This document shows, in pieces, positions 62,860 through 64,000 of a stretch of DNA of 64,000 bases. Source of the stretch: Allobranchiibius huperziae (GTDB lineage Bacteria; Actinomycetota; Actinomycetes; Actinomycetales; Dermatophilaceae). The notes below the pieces were generated by a model. It did no database searches and had not been told where the DNA came from. It worked only from the letters and a program-made list of their open reading frames with translations. Made by a program: the position numbers and the translations under genes. Location: the NCBI RefSeq assembly GCF_013410455.1, contig NZ_JACCFW010000001.1, forward strand, positions 324,929 to 388,928, given 5' to 3'. Each line of letters begins with the position of its first letter. The first letter of the stretch is position 1.

Positions 62860-64000
62860 GCCGTCGGTCTCCGCGGGGCCGGTCAGCGCTCTGCGCGCCG
62901 ACCTGGCCGCGGCCGACTTCACGACCGATGCGATCGGCGAGCTTCTCGGTGCGGTTGCGACCCTCGCCCTGCACCGCGACCAACCGACGGCGGCGGTCCG
63001 GGCCACCGGGGGCGGGGGAGTCCTGGCCACGCTGGTGCGCCTCTTCTGTCTGGGCCGACCGATCGCGCCGGCCGAGGTGCAGGACGCATTGCCCACCTGC
63101 GGTGTCGGCGGCCTGAGGACGCTCGGCCTGGTCGCCGAGCAGCAGGACGGGATGCTGCGCTCCACGTGCGATCTGCGCCCGTACGGCGACGAGGGCCACA
63201 GCTGGTGGGTCGCCTCCGACCTCTCCCAGGTCGTGACCGGCACGATCCTGCCGCCCGACCACGTGCTCGGCATCGGCGGTGCCTCCACCACGTTGGCGTT
63301 CTGGACGCCGCGTCGCGCTGTTGGCCGCGCTCTCGACGTGGGCACCGGATGCGGCGTGCAGTCGCTGCATCTGCTGACCCACGCCGATGAGGTCGTCGCC
63401 ACGGACACCTCCGAGCGAGCCCTTGCCTACGCGCGGTTCAACGCGGCCCTGAACGGCGTGGACCTCGACCTGCGGCACGGTTCGATGCTGGAGCCGGTGC
63501 GGGGCGAGACGTTCGACCTGGTGGTCAGCAACCCGCCGTTCGTGATCACCCCGCGCGCCGCGGCGATGCCGCAGTACGAGTACCGCGACGGCGGGATGAC
63601 CGGGGACGCCCTCGTCCGCAGCCTGATCGAAGGTCTGCCGGAGGTGCTGGCGCCCGGCGGGATCGCCCAGCTGCTCGCCAACTGGGAGGTGCCGCGCGGG
63701 CAGGACTGGCGCGAGGTCGTCACCGGGTGGGTGGCCGGCACCGGCCTGGACGCGTGGGTGGTGCAGCGCGACGTGCAGGATCCGGCGCAGTACGCCGAGC
63801 TGTGGTCGGGTGACGGTGGTCACACCTTCGGCCACCCTTCGTACGACGCGATGTACGACGCGTGGCTCGACGACTTCGCCGCTCGCGACGTGGAGCAGAT
63901 CGGTTTCGGGATCATCACCCTGCAGCGTCCGCTGACCGCGCGGACGCCGTTCGTGGACCTGGCCGAGGCGCACGGCGCGGTCGGCGACGCGATGGGCGCA
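62852..64000 (+). CDS. class I SAM-dependent methyltransferase (HemK/small-methyltransferase-like, NPPF motif), 3' end outside the window
   Basis: Open frame from a TTG at 62852 to the window end. Motif I LDVGTGCGV and motif IV VVSNPPF. Confidence 0.7.
   Translation, partial: MAEPSVSAGPVSALRADLAAADFTTDAIGELLGAVATLALHRDQPTAAVRATGGGGVLATLVRLFCLGRPIAPAEVQDALPTCGVGGLRTLGLVAEQQDGMLRSTCDLRPYGDEGHSWWVASDLSQVVTGTILPPDHVLGIGGASTTLAFWTPRRAVGRALDVGTGCGVQSLHLLTHADEVVATDTSERALAYARFNAALNGVDLDLRHGSMLEPVRGETFDLVVSNPPFVITPRAAAMPQYEYRDGGMTGDALVRSLIEGLPEVLAPGGIAQLLANWEVPRGQDWREVVTGWVAGTGLDAWVVQRDVQDPAQYAELWSGDGGHTFGHPSYDAMYDAWLDDFAARDVEQIGFGIITLQRPLTARTPFVDLAEAHGAVGDAMGA

Overview
This is a 64-kb segment of a high-GC (~70%) Actinomycetota chromosome, read by eye from the six-frame track without tools. 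It is mostly conserved core genome. Gene order matches the Mycobacterium tuberculosis Rv3649-Rv3721c neighbourhood in several blocks: tRNA-Ser / SRP RNA / dnaX ... recR / ask / asd; tRNA-Pro / metallophosphoesterase / yqeY / ponA (PASTA) / whiB / two ArsA-like ATPases / alpha-beta hydrolase / DUF4177 / RidA / NUDIX / MBL / crp / nth / CoA-pyrophosphatase-like NUDIX; and a complete seven-gene Tad/Flp pilus locus (tadZ-like, tadA, tadB, tadC, flp, tadE, tadE-like) followed by a DUF1998 helicase. Accessory or unusual content: (1) an arsR / arsM-acr3-arsC arsenic resistance operon, plus plsC and a padR-membrane pair, sitting between dnaX and recR where ybaB is usually found; (2) a second asd paralog in tandem; (3) a MacB/FtsX-type ABC pump, FAD oxidoreductase, LuxR-type two-component system and lipoprotein PBP arranged as a possible envelope-stress block; (4) a polar amino-acid ABC transporter whose binding protein is fused to its permease; (5) a glpD / alkyl-DHAP-synthase-like FAD oxidase / DagK lipid cluster; (6) a secreted GH25 muramidase inserted in the conserved block; (7) a lower-GC uncharacterised two-TM protein directly behind the tad operon; (8) a roughly 550-bp structured non-coding leader in front of the tad operon; and (9) AT-rich palindromic regulatory regions at whiB and padR. 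I found no CRISPR array, transposase or integrase, and I could not identify a clearly novel defence or other system. The most open items are the post-tad hypothetical protein, the tad leader, the degenerate Fic-like gene and a 73-aa Cys/His-containing small ORF. Coordinates of starts I re-derived by hand may be off by 1-3 nt.
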